Below are positions 22,464 through 35,498 of a stretch of 64,000 nt of DNA, piece after piece. Position 1 is the stretch's first letter; every line of letters begins with the position of its first letter. Below the pieces are notes generated by a model. That model was not told the origin of the DNA, did no database searches, and was given only the letters and a program-made list of their open reading frames with translations. Source of the DNA: Cyanophora paradoxa CCMP329 (lineage: Eukaryota > Plantae > Glaucophyta); assembly GCA_004431415.1 (NCBI GenBank), contig QPMI01000123.1, forward strand, positions 124,001 through 188,000, written 5' to 3'. Both the position numbers and the translations under genes were made by a program.

Positions 22464-23060
22464 GCTCCCAGGCTCGATCGCGAGCTCTCGCCCGCAGATT
22501 ATGTGCGCGTCGCAGATCCGGTCCCGCATCCGGATCAACTTGCAAATTCAATTGCAACTTGGCAATGCATCTTCGATTTCTAAACGTATTCATCTAGAAG
22601 TTTGCCAAGCTCAACGGTTGCCAGCTTCAATGTATGCCGAGCTTCATGCTGCAGTGCGAAGTCAGTACAACCCTCATATAGCATAGTCAGGGCCTCAGGG
22701 CCTCGCAGGCTCATGCCATCATGATCACTGAGTCAGGGCCTCAGGCCTGGGAAGCCTTGAAGGTTTAATTTTCGTTCACATGCACATGAGGCTCTAGATC
22801 TGAGACTCTGAGATCTAGATCATCGGATCATCGCTGCAGCTGACCGTCGGACTCTGTGATCAGATATTGCCAAGTTGCCAAGTTGACACGGATTCCATGA
22901 TTCGGGTTATCCGAGAGGGAGCTCGGAGTCCCCAGAGCGGCCGACCTCGAGTGCCCGGCCTTTCGCCCAGCGGCTCCGACGCTTCAACAAGCGCGCGGGC
23001 GATTCGATAGAATTAAAGAGATCCGCGTGTGGGCGGGCGGCGGGCGGGGCGGGGCGAGGG

Positions 23061-26000
23061 TCAGAGGGGGTAGAGGCGGTCGCCGGTGGGGAGCGGGGAG
23101 AAGGGGTTGCAGCGGGCCCACATGATGGCCTCGCCGTACCCCGCCACCGAGCGCCCGTCCTCCAGCACCAGCCTGACCCCCGGTCAGCGGCGGCCGGAAC
23201 GGGGCGGGGGCGGGGCGGCGCACTCGGCGCCGGAGAGCTCGCGGCGGGTGATGGCGGAGGGGCGGAGGCGGCGGCAGTTGTGGCCCGAGGGGATGGCGGA
23301 GCCGAGCGGGACGACCGTCTGGTCGGCCTCGCGCAGCGCCGCCTCCAGCGACGAGAGGCTCATGTCCGCCAGCGCGCCGGCGAGGCCCCCGGCCTCGCCG
23401 CCGGGCCCGCCCCGCGAGGGCCGGCGGCGGCGCGCATGCTGGGCCTCGAGGGCGGCGACGGCCTCGCGGGGGACGGGAAGCGCACGCCCGGCTGCTCGAG
23501 GAGGCTGCGGGCGGCGGCGAAGAGGGCGGAGGCGACGGGGTGGTAGCCGCGGAGGGCGGCGCGGTGGGCCCCCGCGAAGGCGCAGTGGGCGAGGACCTCG
23601 AGGCGGAGGGGGTCGGGCAGCGCCGTCGCGTCCACGCAGGCGAGCACCTCCGTCGCCGCCTCCACCTCCCGCAGCTCCCACCCCTCCTTCTGCATCACCC
23701 CTGCCCGCCCCAAAGGCGTCACCCCGGCGCGAGTCGGGGCGGGGCGGGGCGGGCGGGGCGCACGGGCGAGGAGGCGGGTGGCGGCGGCGGCGCACTTGGC
23801 GTGGTCGCGGGCGAGGGCGTACTCGAGGAGGGCCTCCCGCAGGGCCCCCTCGGCCTCCCGCCGCGGCGCGCTCTCGCGGTAGTGGGCGACGCCGCGCAGG
23901 CCGGCCTTGCCGTAGAAGGCCTCCGCGTCCGGCCGCGGGTAGCGCGCCGCCAGCAGCGCCACCCGCGAGGCGGCGGCCCCGGGCTCCCGCAGCCCCTGCA
24001 GCGCCTCCAGCGCCGCCTCCCAGAGCTCCAGCGCCTCCAGCCGCCGCGCCGCCAGCACCCGCGCCTCGTCCGCCGCCGCCGCGCCGGCGCCCTTGACGAG
24101 GCGCGCGAGGAGCAGCGCGAGGTCGAGCTCGTTCGCCCGCAGCAGCTTCCCGATCGCGCCCTGCGCCGGCGTCGGGCCCGAGCGGGGCGGGGCGGGGCGG
24201 GGGCGGACGTCGGGGTTGGAGGTGGCGAGGTGCGCGGCCGCGGCGAGGTACCTGCGGGCCCTCAGCGGCCGGCGGGGCGGGGCGGGGCGGGCGGGCTGAC
24301 GGGTTGCCGTCGCGGAAGTGGCGCTCGGCGAGGGCCCCGAGAGGGTCCCCAGCGCCCCCGCCGACGCCCCCGCCGACGACGAGGGCGACGCCGGCGAGGG
24401 CGGGCCCGCCCCCACCGCCGGCACCGACGCCTGCCCCGCCGCCCCGTCGGAGGGGGCGGGGAGGAGCGAGGGCGCGGGGGCGGACGGGGCGGTGGGGGCG
24501 CGGGGCGGCGATGGCGGCGGTGAGGTCCGCGAAGCCGCCCTCCGCGTGCACCTGCCGGGCCCCCCCTTCAGGCTCGACCCCTCAGAAAGGGGCGGGGCGG
24601 GCGGACGCGGGCGACGGCGAAGGCGTCGTCGAGCTGCCCGCGCTGCACGAAGTGCTCCACCGCCCCCGCCGCCTGCCCCGACGCGATCAAAAAGGCCGCC
24701 GCCGCCTCGTCCTCCGCCGCCAGCAGGTGCGCCGCGTAGCGCTCGCAGAGGCCCCGCCAGTACTCGACGGAGACGGTGGGGGCGACGGCGAGGGCGCGCT
24801 CCCACTGCCCGAGCTCCGCCATGAGGTCGCAGTAGCGCTGCGTCTGGCCGAGCTTGAGGGCGAGGAAGGCCGCCTGCGCGAGCTGGTCCTCCTTGCGCGC
24901 CGCCCCGACCCCCGCGAAGCGCTGGTTGCGGCACGCCTCCAGCTCGTACATGCGGGACTGGAGGGCCTTGGAGAGGTGCTCGGCGTGGACGACGCGGGAG
25001 GAGGGGGCGGCGGGGCGGCCCGAGGCGAGGCAGCGGGCCATGTCGAAGAGCTCGCGGAGGCCGTCGGGGGGGAGGAAGAAGTCGGCGAGCAGCGCGGCGC
25101 GCTCGAGGTCGTCCCCCGCCGCCTTCACCTGCCGCGCCCGCTCCCGCGAGGCCGCCCCGCACAGCACCGCCGGCGCCCCCGGCCGCATCGCCGCCTCTGC
25201 CGCCTCCCTCAGCCGGGGCGAGGCGGGGCGGGGGAAGGGCGGGGAGGGCAGGGGGGCACCCTGGGAGGCGAGGGCGGGGTCGAGGGAGAGGCGGGCGAGG
25301 GCGAAGGCGGCGAGCGGGGCGACGAAGTCGGCGAGGGACCAGAAGCGCAGGGAGGTGTCGCGCGAGACCGACGCGAGGAGGAAGGGGCGGGCGGGGTGCG
25401 CGTCGATGCCGTACACGTCGGCGTGGTGGTCGTCCACGGCCTGCACGCACGCCTGCGTCCGCACGTCCCACACGCGGATCGTGCAGTCCCACGACCCCGT
25501 GATGCACATCCAGGGCAGCTCCGGGTGCCACACCGCCCCCCGCACGTTCGACGTGTGCCCCGCCAGCACCCGGCACTCCCCCTGGCCCCGCCCCGCTTGT
25601 TCGCCCGGGGCGGGTCGGGCGGGGCGGGAGGGGCCGCACGGTCTGCGTGTTCCACACGCGGGCCGTCTGGTCGTCGGAGGTGGAGAGGAGCGTGTGGGGC
25701 AGCGTCGGGTGCCAGGCGACGTTGAACGCCTTCGCCGTGTGCCCTGCCCGCCCCCGCCCCTCAGCCCAGCGCAGGGGGGGGGCGGGGCGGGGCGGGGCGG
25801 GGCGGGGCGGGCGTGCCCTTGAGCTGGAGGAGGGGCGCCTCGGAGGAGAGGTCGAAGACGCGCACCACGCCGTCCTCGCACGCCGTCGCCAGCTGCGCCC
25901 CGGCGGCCAGCCTCGGCGGCGGGCCCGCGCGGGCGGGCGGGTGGCTGGCGGGCGGGCCTGGGTCGGGGTGTGCGGGTTCCAGGCGACGCCGAAGGCGGGG

Positions 26001-28235
26001 CGCGGGTGCTTGTAGCGGCGGCACGCCTCCCCCGTCGCCACCTTGAACACCACGCTGCGCCCCGCCCCCTCGGCAACGCGCCGGGGCGCGGGGCGGGGGC
26101 GCGGGGGCACCAGGTCCCGTCGGCGGAGGTGGAGGCGGCGAGGGAGCGGTCGGAGGGGTGCCACGCGCAGCGGAACGTGCTCTGCGCGTGCAGCTTCGCG
26201 TGCTTCTTCCAGACGTTGCCCCGCTGCGTGTCGAACACGTAGAGCGCCCCCGTCGACGAGGCCCCCAGCACCTTGTGCTCGTCCTCCGTCCCCGCTGCCC
26301 CGCCCCGGCCCCGCCCTCAGCCCGGGGGCGAGGCCGCGGGGCCGGCCGGGGGGCGGGCGGACCGGGGGCCCAGGAGAGGCAGTAGATGACGCCGTCGGCG
26401 CCGGGGATGCGGTCGAGGAAGCGGTTCTGGGAGACGTCCCAGAGGCGGACGATGCCGTCGTAGGCGGCCGTCGCCAGGATGTTCGCGTCCGCCGGCTTGA
26501 ACGCGCAGTCGAAGACCGTCTCCGTGTGCCCCCCCTCCCGCTGCGCCTCCCACCGCCGCTTCCCCAGGTTGTAGCTCTGCCGCAGCCGGCGCCGCGTCAG
26601 GGCGGTGCGGGGGCGGGGCGGGCGGGGGCGGCGCCGGGGGCGGACGCCGGCGGAGCCGTCCTTGAAGGTGCAGAGGGCGCGGTCGGAGGCGCGGGCGAAG
26701 ACGAGGCTCTGGAAGCCGCTCTTCCCCGCCTTGATCACCCCCATCGGCCCCCTGCGCCCCGCCCCCCCTCAGCGCCCCCGCGCCCCGGGCGGGCGGGGGG
26801 GCGGGGCGGGGGCGCGCTTCTGGGAGGCGCTCCAGGTGCGGATGACGCCGACCTTGTCCGCCGCCGTCACGAAGCCGCCCGGCACCCCGGGGATCCACGC
26901 CACGCTCCGGATCCCTGCCCCGGCGCTCGCCGCCGCCCCGGGCCCGGGCCGGCGGGCGGGCGGGGGCGCGGACCGCCGTTCTGGGGCTCGAACTCGAAGA
27001 GGGTCTGCTCGCCCTGCAGGTCGTACAGCGCCATGCTCCCTGCACCCCGCCGTCACCCCCGCCGTCGCCCCCGGCGGAGCGCCCCCCGGCGGGGCGGGGC
27101 GGGCACCAGACTTGTAGGCGACGACGGCGTAGTAGTCGGAGAGGGGGTCCCACTGGAGGTCCACGACGGGGTCCTCCTGCTCCCGCTTGAAGAGGCCCTT
27201 CTTCAGCTTGTTCGCCTGCCCGTCCCACAGCGCCAGCGTCCCCTCCGCCGTCCCCGCAAGCACCACGTTCGCCTGCCCGCCCCCTCGCCTCCCCGCGGCG
27301 GGGCGGGTGTGCGGGGGGCGGGCGGGGGCGCCTTCTTGGGGGCCCAGCGTATGACGCGGATGTTGACGTTGTTGAAGTCCTTGATGGGCCGGCCGTCCCC
27401 GCGCGACATGTTCCACAGCCGCACGATCCCTGCCGCGCCCCCGTCGCCCCGCGCCCCGCCGGCCAAGCGCGGGGGCGGGGCCGGGGGGCGGGGCACCGGC
27501 GGGGGAGGCGGAGAGGAGGGTGTCGGGGTCGTGGGGCGACCAGTCGAGGAAGACGGGGACGTGGTCGCCCACCACGATGGAGAAGACCTCCCGCTCCTGC
27601 CTGATGTCCCACAGCCGAATCTGCCCGTCCACCGACGCCGTCACGATCTGCCCGCCCCGTCAGCCCCGCCCCGCCCCCCCGCGCCGCCGGACCCGCCTGG
27701 TTCTGGTCGTGGTGGTTCCTGAGAGGGCGGTCAGCGGCCACCGCGCGCTCGGCCGTGGGAGCCGGCTGCGACGCACACAGCGACGGCGGTGATGGTCTTC
27801 TCGAAGGCCGCGATGATCTTCTCGAGGCGGAACTCATCAATTTTGTAGATGCAGATCGCCAGCGTCGAGCAGTACACGAAGCGGTCGCCCTGCCCGCAGG
27901 ATTCAATGAAACGCTGCGAGGCCATAGCCAAGGTCGCCACGCCGGCGACGCCCGCACGAACCGCGACGACGGCGATATCCTTATTCCAGAGCTGGCATCC
28001 TGCAGGCACGAGCGCCTGCGCGCATGGCTCAGCCGTGCGGGCCGAAGCGCGCGAAGTTTAGCTAGGACAAGCGGTCCGCACCACCTGCCTCTGCGTCGTT
28101 TCGGATGCAATGTCAGACACTCTAAGACGCCATTCGAACGCTGCGCGAGCGCACCAACTTGCTCCTGGTCCCGGTCGCAATGGCACGTCCTGAAAGGCCC
28201 ATCGAGAGCGTGAACGCATCGACCGCAGCCGCCAT
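23061..28235 (-). CDS. WDR17: WD40 repeat protein 17
   Basis: N-terminus KL|RQV|ALVPAGCQLWNKD..GDRFVYCSTLAICIYK; GHTETVFDCAFKP; DHHADVYG..HPARPF; C-terminus LEDGRSVAGYGEAIMWARCNPFSPLPTGDRLYPL-stop. Start is 28235 or 28202. Confidence 0.9.
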
Positions 28236-28345
28236 AACCTCCTCTCCCGCCCGCCGCTCGCTTCCGCCCGCCGCCGCGCGCCGCAGGCCTCACTGCTTCA
28301 ACGCTGTATCCCCCTAGCCGGCTTCGAAGCGGCTTCTTCCCTGCC

Positions 28346-28983
28346 ATGGCGCACCCCTCTCTCAACGCCAACGTGCATCCGCGATGCGCGGTGAGTGTGG
28401 GCCAGCCCCGTAGCGTCCCTCGGGCGGCTCCGCGGGCCCTCGTGGGGCGTGCGTGACGCACGCTAGCTAGGAACCGCCCGCCGCGCGGCGTGTCCCCGCA
28501 CGTCCGCACGTACTCAGATAAAGCTGACGCATTCACCTGGCCCGCCTCCGCCACGCGCAGGAAGTCATTGCGGTGCGTGCTGGTCCGCCGACAGCCGGCC
28601 CCGCCGCCCGCTGAGGCCGGCGCAGGCGTACCACAAGTGCCACCAAGAACACCAGGTCGGCCGCGTGTTCGGCGCGTGCACAGACCTCTTCTTCCAGATA
28701 GAGAAGTGCCTGACGGACGAGGTCCGCGGCCGCTTAATCGCGCCGGCGCGGCGCCGGGCCTGACGGCGCGCCCAGTATCTCGACTTGCGGGCGAAGAACC
28801 ATGCGGAGGCCAAGCGCACGCGGAAGCTCTACGAGGAGCGCGTGAAGGCTCGTGCACTCGCCCCCTGCCCGGCACACGTCTCCGGCCCGCGGTTAAACGA
28901 GCTCCCCCCAGGCGGATGCGGAGCTTGCAGCAGCGGCGAAGGCACAAGAAGGATCACAATCAGGCAACGCGGCCGGCTCCTGA
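28346..28983 (+). CDS. CMC2: COX assembly mitochondrial protein (twin CX9C, Cmc1/Cmc2 family)
   Basis: MAHPSLNANVHPRCA|EVIA|AYHKCHQEHQVGRVFGACTDLFFQIEKCLTDE|YLDLRAKN. Both CX9C spacings are exact once the 12-nt exon 28561-28572 is included. Confidence 0.85.
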
Positions 28984-29191
28984 CGCTCGCACGCACACGT
29001 GCTCCCTGCTCCTGCCGCCTCAATTTTCACAGTCACCTTGCGCGTGTATAATCTACACAAAGAATCGCTCTCGCAGAACTGTCGGGCACGTCTACTGGCA
29101 GCCGGATTGTGGCCGCTGCTGTACAGCTAACGCTAGAATACCCCGTAACATATATATATAAGCGCCGGCGTCGGTGGGCGGCGGGGCCCGC

Positions 29192-31491
29192 TCAGTCGCG
29201 GTAGTCGGCGGTGCCCTGGTAGAAGGCCTGCGGGGCGGTCGGGGCGGGCGGGCGGGCCGGGGGCGGGGGCGGGGCCGGGGCGGGGCACCTCGTTGAGCTC
29301 GGCGATGGCCTTGAGGTCGACGGGGCGGCCGCGCGCGTCCTGGCCCCTCGGCGTCGGGCCCCCCCGCGAGCTCCCGCCCCCCGACGGCAGCCTCGCCCCC
29401 TGCACGATGCTCTTCGCCACTGCGCAGCCTCCGCCTCAGCCGCTGGCCGGCCCGCCGCGCCGGCCCGGGCCCGGAGCGCACCGGCGGCGGGGCCGTACTT
29501 CTCTGCCTCGCGCTTGGCCTTGTCGGCTGCGGGGGCGGGGCTCGGGGCGGGGGCGGGGGCGGGCGGCGGGGCGCGCACCGCGGAGCTCCTTGACCATCTG
29601 GCGGTAGTGCGCGTCCATCGGGTGCTCCCTGCCCCCCGCAACCCCGCCCCGTCGCCCCGCCCCCCGCCCACGCGCGGGCGGGGGCGGGGCCCGGGGCGGA
29701 CCACTGGGACTGCCCGTCGCGGGCGAAGAAGACGTTCCCGTCCTCGTCGCAGTGCTCCGTCCACCCCTCTGCCCCCCGCCCCGCCGCGTCGGCCCGGGCA
29801 GCGGCTGGGCGCGCGACGGGGGCCCGGGGGCCGCACCGGGGAGCTCGGCGTCGAGGGCCTCCTCGGCCACCCACAGCAGGTCCGCCTCGTACTGCGCCCC
29901 GCCCCCCCGCCTCGCCGGAGAGAGGCCGGAGGGGGCGGGGCGGGGCGGGGCGGACGATGGGGTTGATGCCGAGGTACTTGGCGAACTCGAGGATCTCCTT
30001 GGCCGTGTGCTCGCTCTTCCCCGCCTTGAGGAGCCCCGCCGTGAACGGCGTCGGCGGCGTCACCGGCGTCACCGCCCCCGAGCTCTGCCCCGGCGCCGCC
30101 AGCGACCCCGCGTGCAGAGGCGGCACCGGCGGCGCGTGCGGCGCCCTCGACGGCGGCGCCGGCGGCCTCGACGACGCGGCCGCCGGCGTGTGGCTCTCCC
30201 CGGGCAGCGGCGATGGCGCCGCGGACGCGTACGCTGGGCGGCGGGGCGGTCGGGGGCGTGGGGCGGCGGGGCGCGGGGCGCGCGGGGCGGGGCGCACCGG
30301 TGGAGGAGGAGCCGGAGGAGCCGGAGCCGGCGGAGGCCTCCTCCTGCCGCTGCTTCGCCCTGCCCCGCCCTCGGCGCGGTGCGGGCTGGCGGGGCGGGGC
30401 GGGGCGGGGCGGGCGCACCGGGCCTGCTTGCGCATGAGGCCCTCGCTGAACATGGCCGAGACGCGGTTGAGCTTCAGCTTCGAGCCTGCGCCCCGCCCGC
30501 CCCGCCTCGGCCCCCGCTGCCGCGCGTGGCGGGGCGGGCGGGGCGGCACGGCGGTCGAGGCCGTGGACGGCGGCGAAGAAGTCCTCCCCGCGCCCTGCGC
30601 CGGCGCCGCCTCGGCGGGGTGCGGGGGCGGGGGCGGGGGGCGGGGGCGGGGGGCGGGGCGGGCCCAGGGCGTCGAGCTCGTCGAAGAGGCGCGCGAAGAC
30701 GGGCTCCTCGAAGAGCAGCTCGAGGAAGAGGCGGCTCTGCCCCCGCCCGCACCCTCGGCCCCCGCCCCGCCCCGCCACGGGGCCGCCCCGCGGGGGCGGG
30801 GGCGGACCTGCCAGAGCTCGTCGGAGACCTCGAGGACGGGGCTGTGCGCCATCGCGCTCGCCGCCGCGTCCTCCTCCTCGTCCACCGCCTCCATGTTGAG
30901 GCGCCCGTCGTCCAGCTCCTGCCGCTGCAGCATCGCCGCCAGCTTCGCGTCTGCCCCCCCGCCCCCCGCCCCGTCTGCACGCCGTCCGTTCGCGCCAGGG
31001 CGGTGCGCCGCACCCTCCTCTTCTTGCTTCTGCCGGCTGTCGGCCTTGCCCTTCTTCCCAAACACACTGCCAATGCCCTGCTCGGCGATCAGCTGTACGC
31101 ATACGCTTCTGCATCCTCACGCCTTAGCGAACCCAGTTCTTGCGGAAGCGCGCTCCCAGCGGCGTGGCACCGCTGTTTGTCGGTGGCGCCGACGCTGCTG
31201 ACGCTGCGCAGAGCGGTCGGCAAGACTGCCGAGGTACGCAGCGCGTAGGCGCGGCGCATGCGATAAGGGAAGCGCGGACCTGGACGCATCGATGAGGAAG
31301 ATGGCGGTGCGCTCGGTGCCATCTGGACCGCCGGCTCAGCGCTGGCAACGCGTGTGGCTGCATGCGGTCACCTGCTTTAAGTTCTCCTGCGCGCTCTTAA
31401 GGTCCCCTCTGCACGCTTCAAGGACCGCGACGAGGACATCATAGTCGACGTCTGGGAAGATGTTCGCCAACCTCCGCGCGTTGGCATCCAT
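29192..31491 (-). CDS. CUE-domain protein with C-terminal CEP164-type WW module
   Basis: N-terminal RLANIFPDVDYDVLVAVLEACRGDLKSAQENL (CUE). C-terminal EILEFAKYLGINPI|YEADLLWVAEEALDAELP|EGWTEHCDEDGNVFF..SQW|EHPMDAHYRQM. The link between the first exon and the rest is inferred. Confidence 0.7.
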
Positions 31492-31989
31492 ATCGAATAA
31501 ACTATCGTCTGGCGCTAGCGCTAACTGCGATCGCCGAGTCGCCAAGTCGGTATGAAACGTCCAGACTTCAAGCGCCGACACGGTGACCTGCCAGCGCACA
31601 CTTGCTGTACCCGGACGAGACTGGATCTGAGTGGATCAAATTGCTCGAACGACGGCGAAACTTCGGAGCACATCGATTGACGAACAAGTACAGAGTAAGC
31701 GGAGAGCACCATTACAAGGAAAAGGAGACCCCCGCAAGAGAGAGGGGGCCCAGATGGGCTTGGAAGCGACCAGGCCCGGGGCCAGGGCTTTGCCGGGGTT
31801 GGCACAGCCTGGCAGCGGGAACGCTGGCGGTCGAAAAGGAGGACCCGGGAGTCTGAAGACACTATGGAGGGAGGGCAGGGTTCGATGGCATGAGAAAAGG
31901 GGAGGCGCGTGGGACAGCAAGTGGAGGGCGAGGCGGAGGGCGAGTGGGGAACCAGGAGTGGGCAGAAAAGGGGGCAGCTATCCTCCCGA

Positions 31990-32930
31990 TCACTGGCCGC
32001 CCATGCCGCCGCGGCCGCCACGACCTGCACAGCCGAGAAAAGGTGCGGATCAGCATGCTGGCTAAAGAAGTGAAGCTTGGGGTGCCCACCGCCTCGGTCG
32101 CCGCCGCGGAACCCGCCCCGACCGCCGCGCTCGCCGCCGCCATAGCCGCCGCGCCCGCCGCGATCACCGCCAGCAGAGCCCCCGCGATCACCGCCGCCTC
32201 CCCGGAGAAGCCCACGCCCGCGGCCGCGCCCACGCAGTTTCTGAGCCAGGAGACGTCGGGAGGTGCGGCGCGCCAGAAAGCATGGACAGCATCGAACCCG
32301 CTGCGCCTGCTGCTTCGTGGCGCGCTCGGCCTTCTGCAGGGACTCCTCGTTGACCATGTCGATGACCTGGGGGCAGCCGGGCGAGCGTCAGATGGCCGAA
32401 TCGCAATCGCACAGCGCGTCTAGTTGCGCACCTCGTCAGGTATCCGAAGGTACTTGATGTTGTTGCCACGGATGTAGACCTCGGGAATGCGCCAAAACTT
32501 GTCGCCGTCCTGAGGGCGCGCGAAGCGAGCGAACGCGCCCAGGGTCGGCATAGCATTCGAATCTGTACTGCGCCGGGACGGAGAGCACCCGCGATGTGCA
32601 GATGACGTCCCGAAGGTTGATGTTCATCCAATTGTCGCAGTTCACGAGGTGCCCGTTGTATGTTTCGCCGTTCTTTAGCTCGACCAGCTGTGCAAGGAGG
32701 CACGTAAGCGTGAGAGTCGAAGACGGAGGCAATGCGGCCGGTCCATAGCTAGCTCACGCGGGCCGGAAGGGCGCGCACCATGGGGTGGTCCACCGCTGTC
32801 CTGAGAAGCGATAACGGCAACTGCGCGTCGAACAGAGCTCAAGAGGCGGCCGACAAAGACAGCGAGGGTCCCAGAGCGCGGAGGCCCGCCGAAACGCAAT
32901 CAAGCGGTGTAGGACAAGCTCACGCACCAT
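31990..32930 (-). CDS. LSM4: U6 snRNA-associated Sm-like protein LSm4
   Basis: M|[14 protein letters not shown]|[33 protein letters not shown]|[26 protein letters not shown]|VIDMV plus an RGG tail. Confidence 0.95.
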
Positions 32931-33047
32931 CCTGACTGCTAATCGAAAGCGCCGCTCGTTCAGAACTTCAGTCGCGCTGGTCGGGCGGGGTACAGTCGCA
33001 AGTCGTTGGTTGGCAGCTCGCGGGCAGGGCGGGCAGGGCGCGGGCAA

Positions 33048-35498
33048 ATGGCGTCTACAATCCAGTTGCCTGCGGATGCCGCATCGGCGCTGGCAGGCTC
33101 GACGTTTATCGTGCGTCCCCTTCACAAACTGCCACAACGGCGGCCGCGTAGAGGCGCCGCGCTGCTTACCAAGATTCGAATCGCGATTCGCCGCCGCTGT
33201 GCTGATGCTGACGGTCGTTACCCTCCGGCGCAGGTCACGCTCGCCGGAAAGATGGTGGGTCCTTCACCCCGCCAGGCCGCCGGCGCCTAGCTCACGGCTT
33301 CGTTCTCCCACCCCGCCGGGCCGCCGGCGTCTAGCTCACGGCATCGTTCTCCAGGTCGTTGACCCAGCAACTGGACAAGTTAAGTTGGACGTTAACCATG
33401 CCGATGGCTTCACGATGGCGCAGCAGGGGAGCATGATGGCGTCGCCGGCCCTTGCTAACGTGTTCCAGCAGCAGTTCCAGAGCCAGAGCCAGCAGCAGCT
33501 TATCCAGCCGCCCCAGCAGAACTACTCCTACGCCCCGCAGCCAGGCTACGCGGCGGCCGTGCAGCAGTACGTCCCGCAGCCGCCCGTCCAGCAGTACACA
33601 CCGCCGGTGCAGCAGTACGCTGCGCCTCCACCCGTACAGCAGTATGTTCCTCCTCCTCCGCCGCCGGTCCAGCAGGAGCCCCCGCCGCAGGCTCCGCCGG
33701 TGCCGGTGCCCGCCCCGCCGGCGCCCGTACCTGCCCCGCCGCCGCCCGCGCCGGCGCCCGTCGCCGTGTCGCCGCCCGGGTCGGGGGAGCCGCTGACGTA
33801 CGTGCCGCGGGACGTCGTGCCGGCGATCGGCTCGGCGGCGCCCGCCGCGCCGGTGGAGGCGCCGGCGGCGGAGGCGGAGAACCCGGAGACATTCGTGCCG
33901 TACGTGCCGCCGGACCCGTACGGCTTCGGCTCGGGCGGCGTTCTCTCGGGCGTCGCGGAGGACGTGCCGCCGCTGCCGCCCCCGCCCGGCTACCAGACCG
34001 CCTTCTCCGAGGCCGCTTCTCCGCCGCCGCCGCCGCCGGCCGAGGCGCGCGTGGCGGTGAACGCGGCGCTGCCGCCGCCGCCGGCCGCCGTGGCGGCCCC
34101 CGCCCTCGCCCAGGGCGGCTTCGTCACCGGCGGCGCCGCCGTCAGCGGCGCCTACGCCCACTTCACCGAGGCCCCCGCCGCGTACAGCTACAGCCAAGCC
34201 CCTCCCGCGGCCCTCCCTCCGCCCCCGCCCCCGAGCCCGCCCCCACCCCGCCCCCCTCGCCGCCCCGCCTGCCGCCCTGCCCCCTCCGCCCCCCGTCGTC
34301 GAGCAGCAGCTGCCGCCGCCGCCGCCGCCGCCGGTGGAGCAGCCGCCCCCGCAGCCGGCGCCCGAGCAGGCGGAGGACGCCGCGGTGGGCGCCGCCCGCA
34401 GCTTCGTGGAGGGCGCAGCCGCCCCGCCCCCGCCGTCGCCGCCGCGCCGCCGCCACCACCGCCGCCGCCGGCGGAGATGCCGTCGGAGGATGAGATCCGC
34501 GCGGCCGCCGTGCACGACGTGCGCGCCGCCCGCCCCCGCCGACCGCCCCGCGCCCTGCGCCGCCGCCGCGCTGACCGGGGCGCGGGGCGGGGCCGGCAGA
34601 GCGGGTCGTGCAGCTACGGGCCGGTGGAGCTGACGAGCAGCTTCGGGGTCATCTCGGACGGGCCCGAGTACTACAAGAACAGCGACCACTGCCACTGGTG
34701 CGTCCGCGCCGGGCGCCGCCCCGCCCCCCGGGCCCGACGCCAGCGGGCGGGGGCGCGCGTGCAGGCTGATCGACCCGCCGGGGGACGCGCCGGTGCGGCT
34801 GACGGTTGTGGCCCCGCACGACATCGAGCCCGGCTACGACTTCCTCAAGGTCCGCCCCGCCCCTCCGCACCGCCCGCCCATCGCCGGGCGCTGAGGGCGC
34901 GGGGCGGCAGATCTTCGACGGGACCACCGAGGACTTCCCCATCGCCTCCGTCTCCGCCACAAGCGCCTCCGAGCCCTTCGTGCGCCGGCCCGCGCCCGCC
35001 GCTCCCGCCTCCCGGCGCTCGCCGAGGGGGCGGGGGCGGGGCAGAGCGTGACGTCGGAGATGGGGGCCATGTTCCTCTCGTTCGAGGCGGACTACATGGG
35101 CACCCGCTCCGGCTTCGTCGCCGCCTTCGAGAGCACCGAGGCCGCCGCACAGGACCCCGCCGCCTCCCGCCTCAACCTCGCCTCCGCCATCCAGACCGCC
35201 CAGGCCCGCCCGCCCCGCCCCGCCCGCCCCGCCCCGCGCCGAGGCCGGGGCGGCAGCAACACGCGGCGGCGGCGGCGCCGGCGGGGCGGCTGGAGGAGGA
35301 GGTGCAGGAGGGGGAGCTCGAGGAGGCCATCCTCGGCTCCCTCGCCTGCGAGGAGGGCGCCGCCCTCGTGCGCCCCCGCCCCCGCGCCCGCCCCCCGGGC
35401 CGCCTCCCGGCCGCCCACGCCGAGACCCCGCGCGCGCGCAGTGCGACGGGCCGGACGACTTCGCGGCGGGGCAGGAGGAGGCCTGGCACGAGTGCTAG
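33048..35498 (+). CDS. Gln/Pro-rich protein with a C-terminal CUB domain
   Basis: QQYxPPP repeats and polyproline, then CSYGPVELTSSFGVISDGPEYYKNSDHCHW|LIDP..DIEPGYDFLK|IFDG..FLSFEADYMGTRSGFVAAF. Possible frameshift or intron near 34230-34430. Confidence 0.75.

Noticed and set aside
28345-28348. Apparent overlapping start codons (CATG) for WDR17 and CMC2
   Set aside because: WDR17 is better started at 28235 or 28202, which rebuilds KLRQVALVPAGCQ; the minus-strand ATG at 28347 is not needed.
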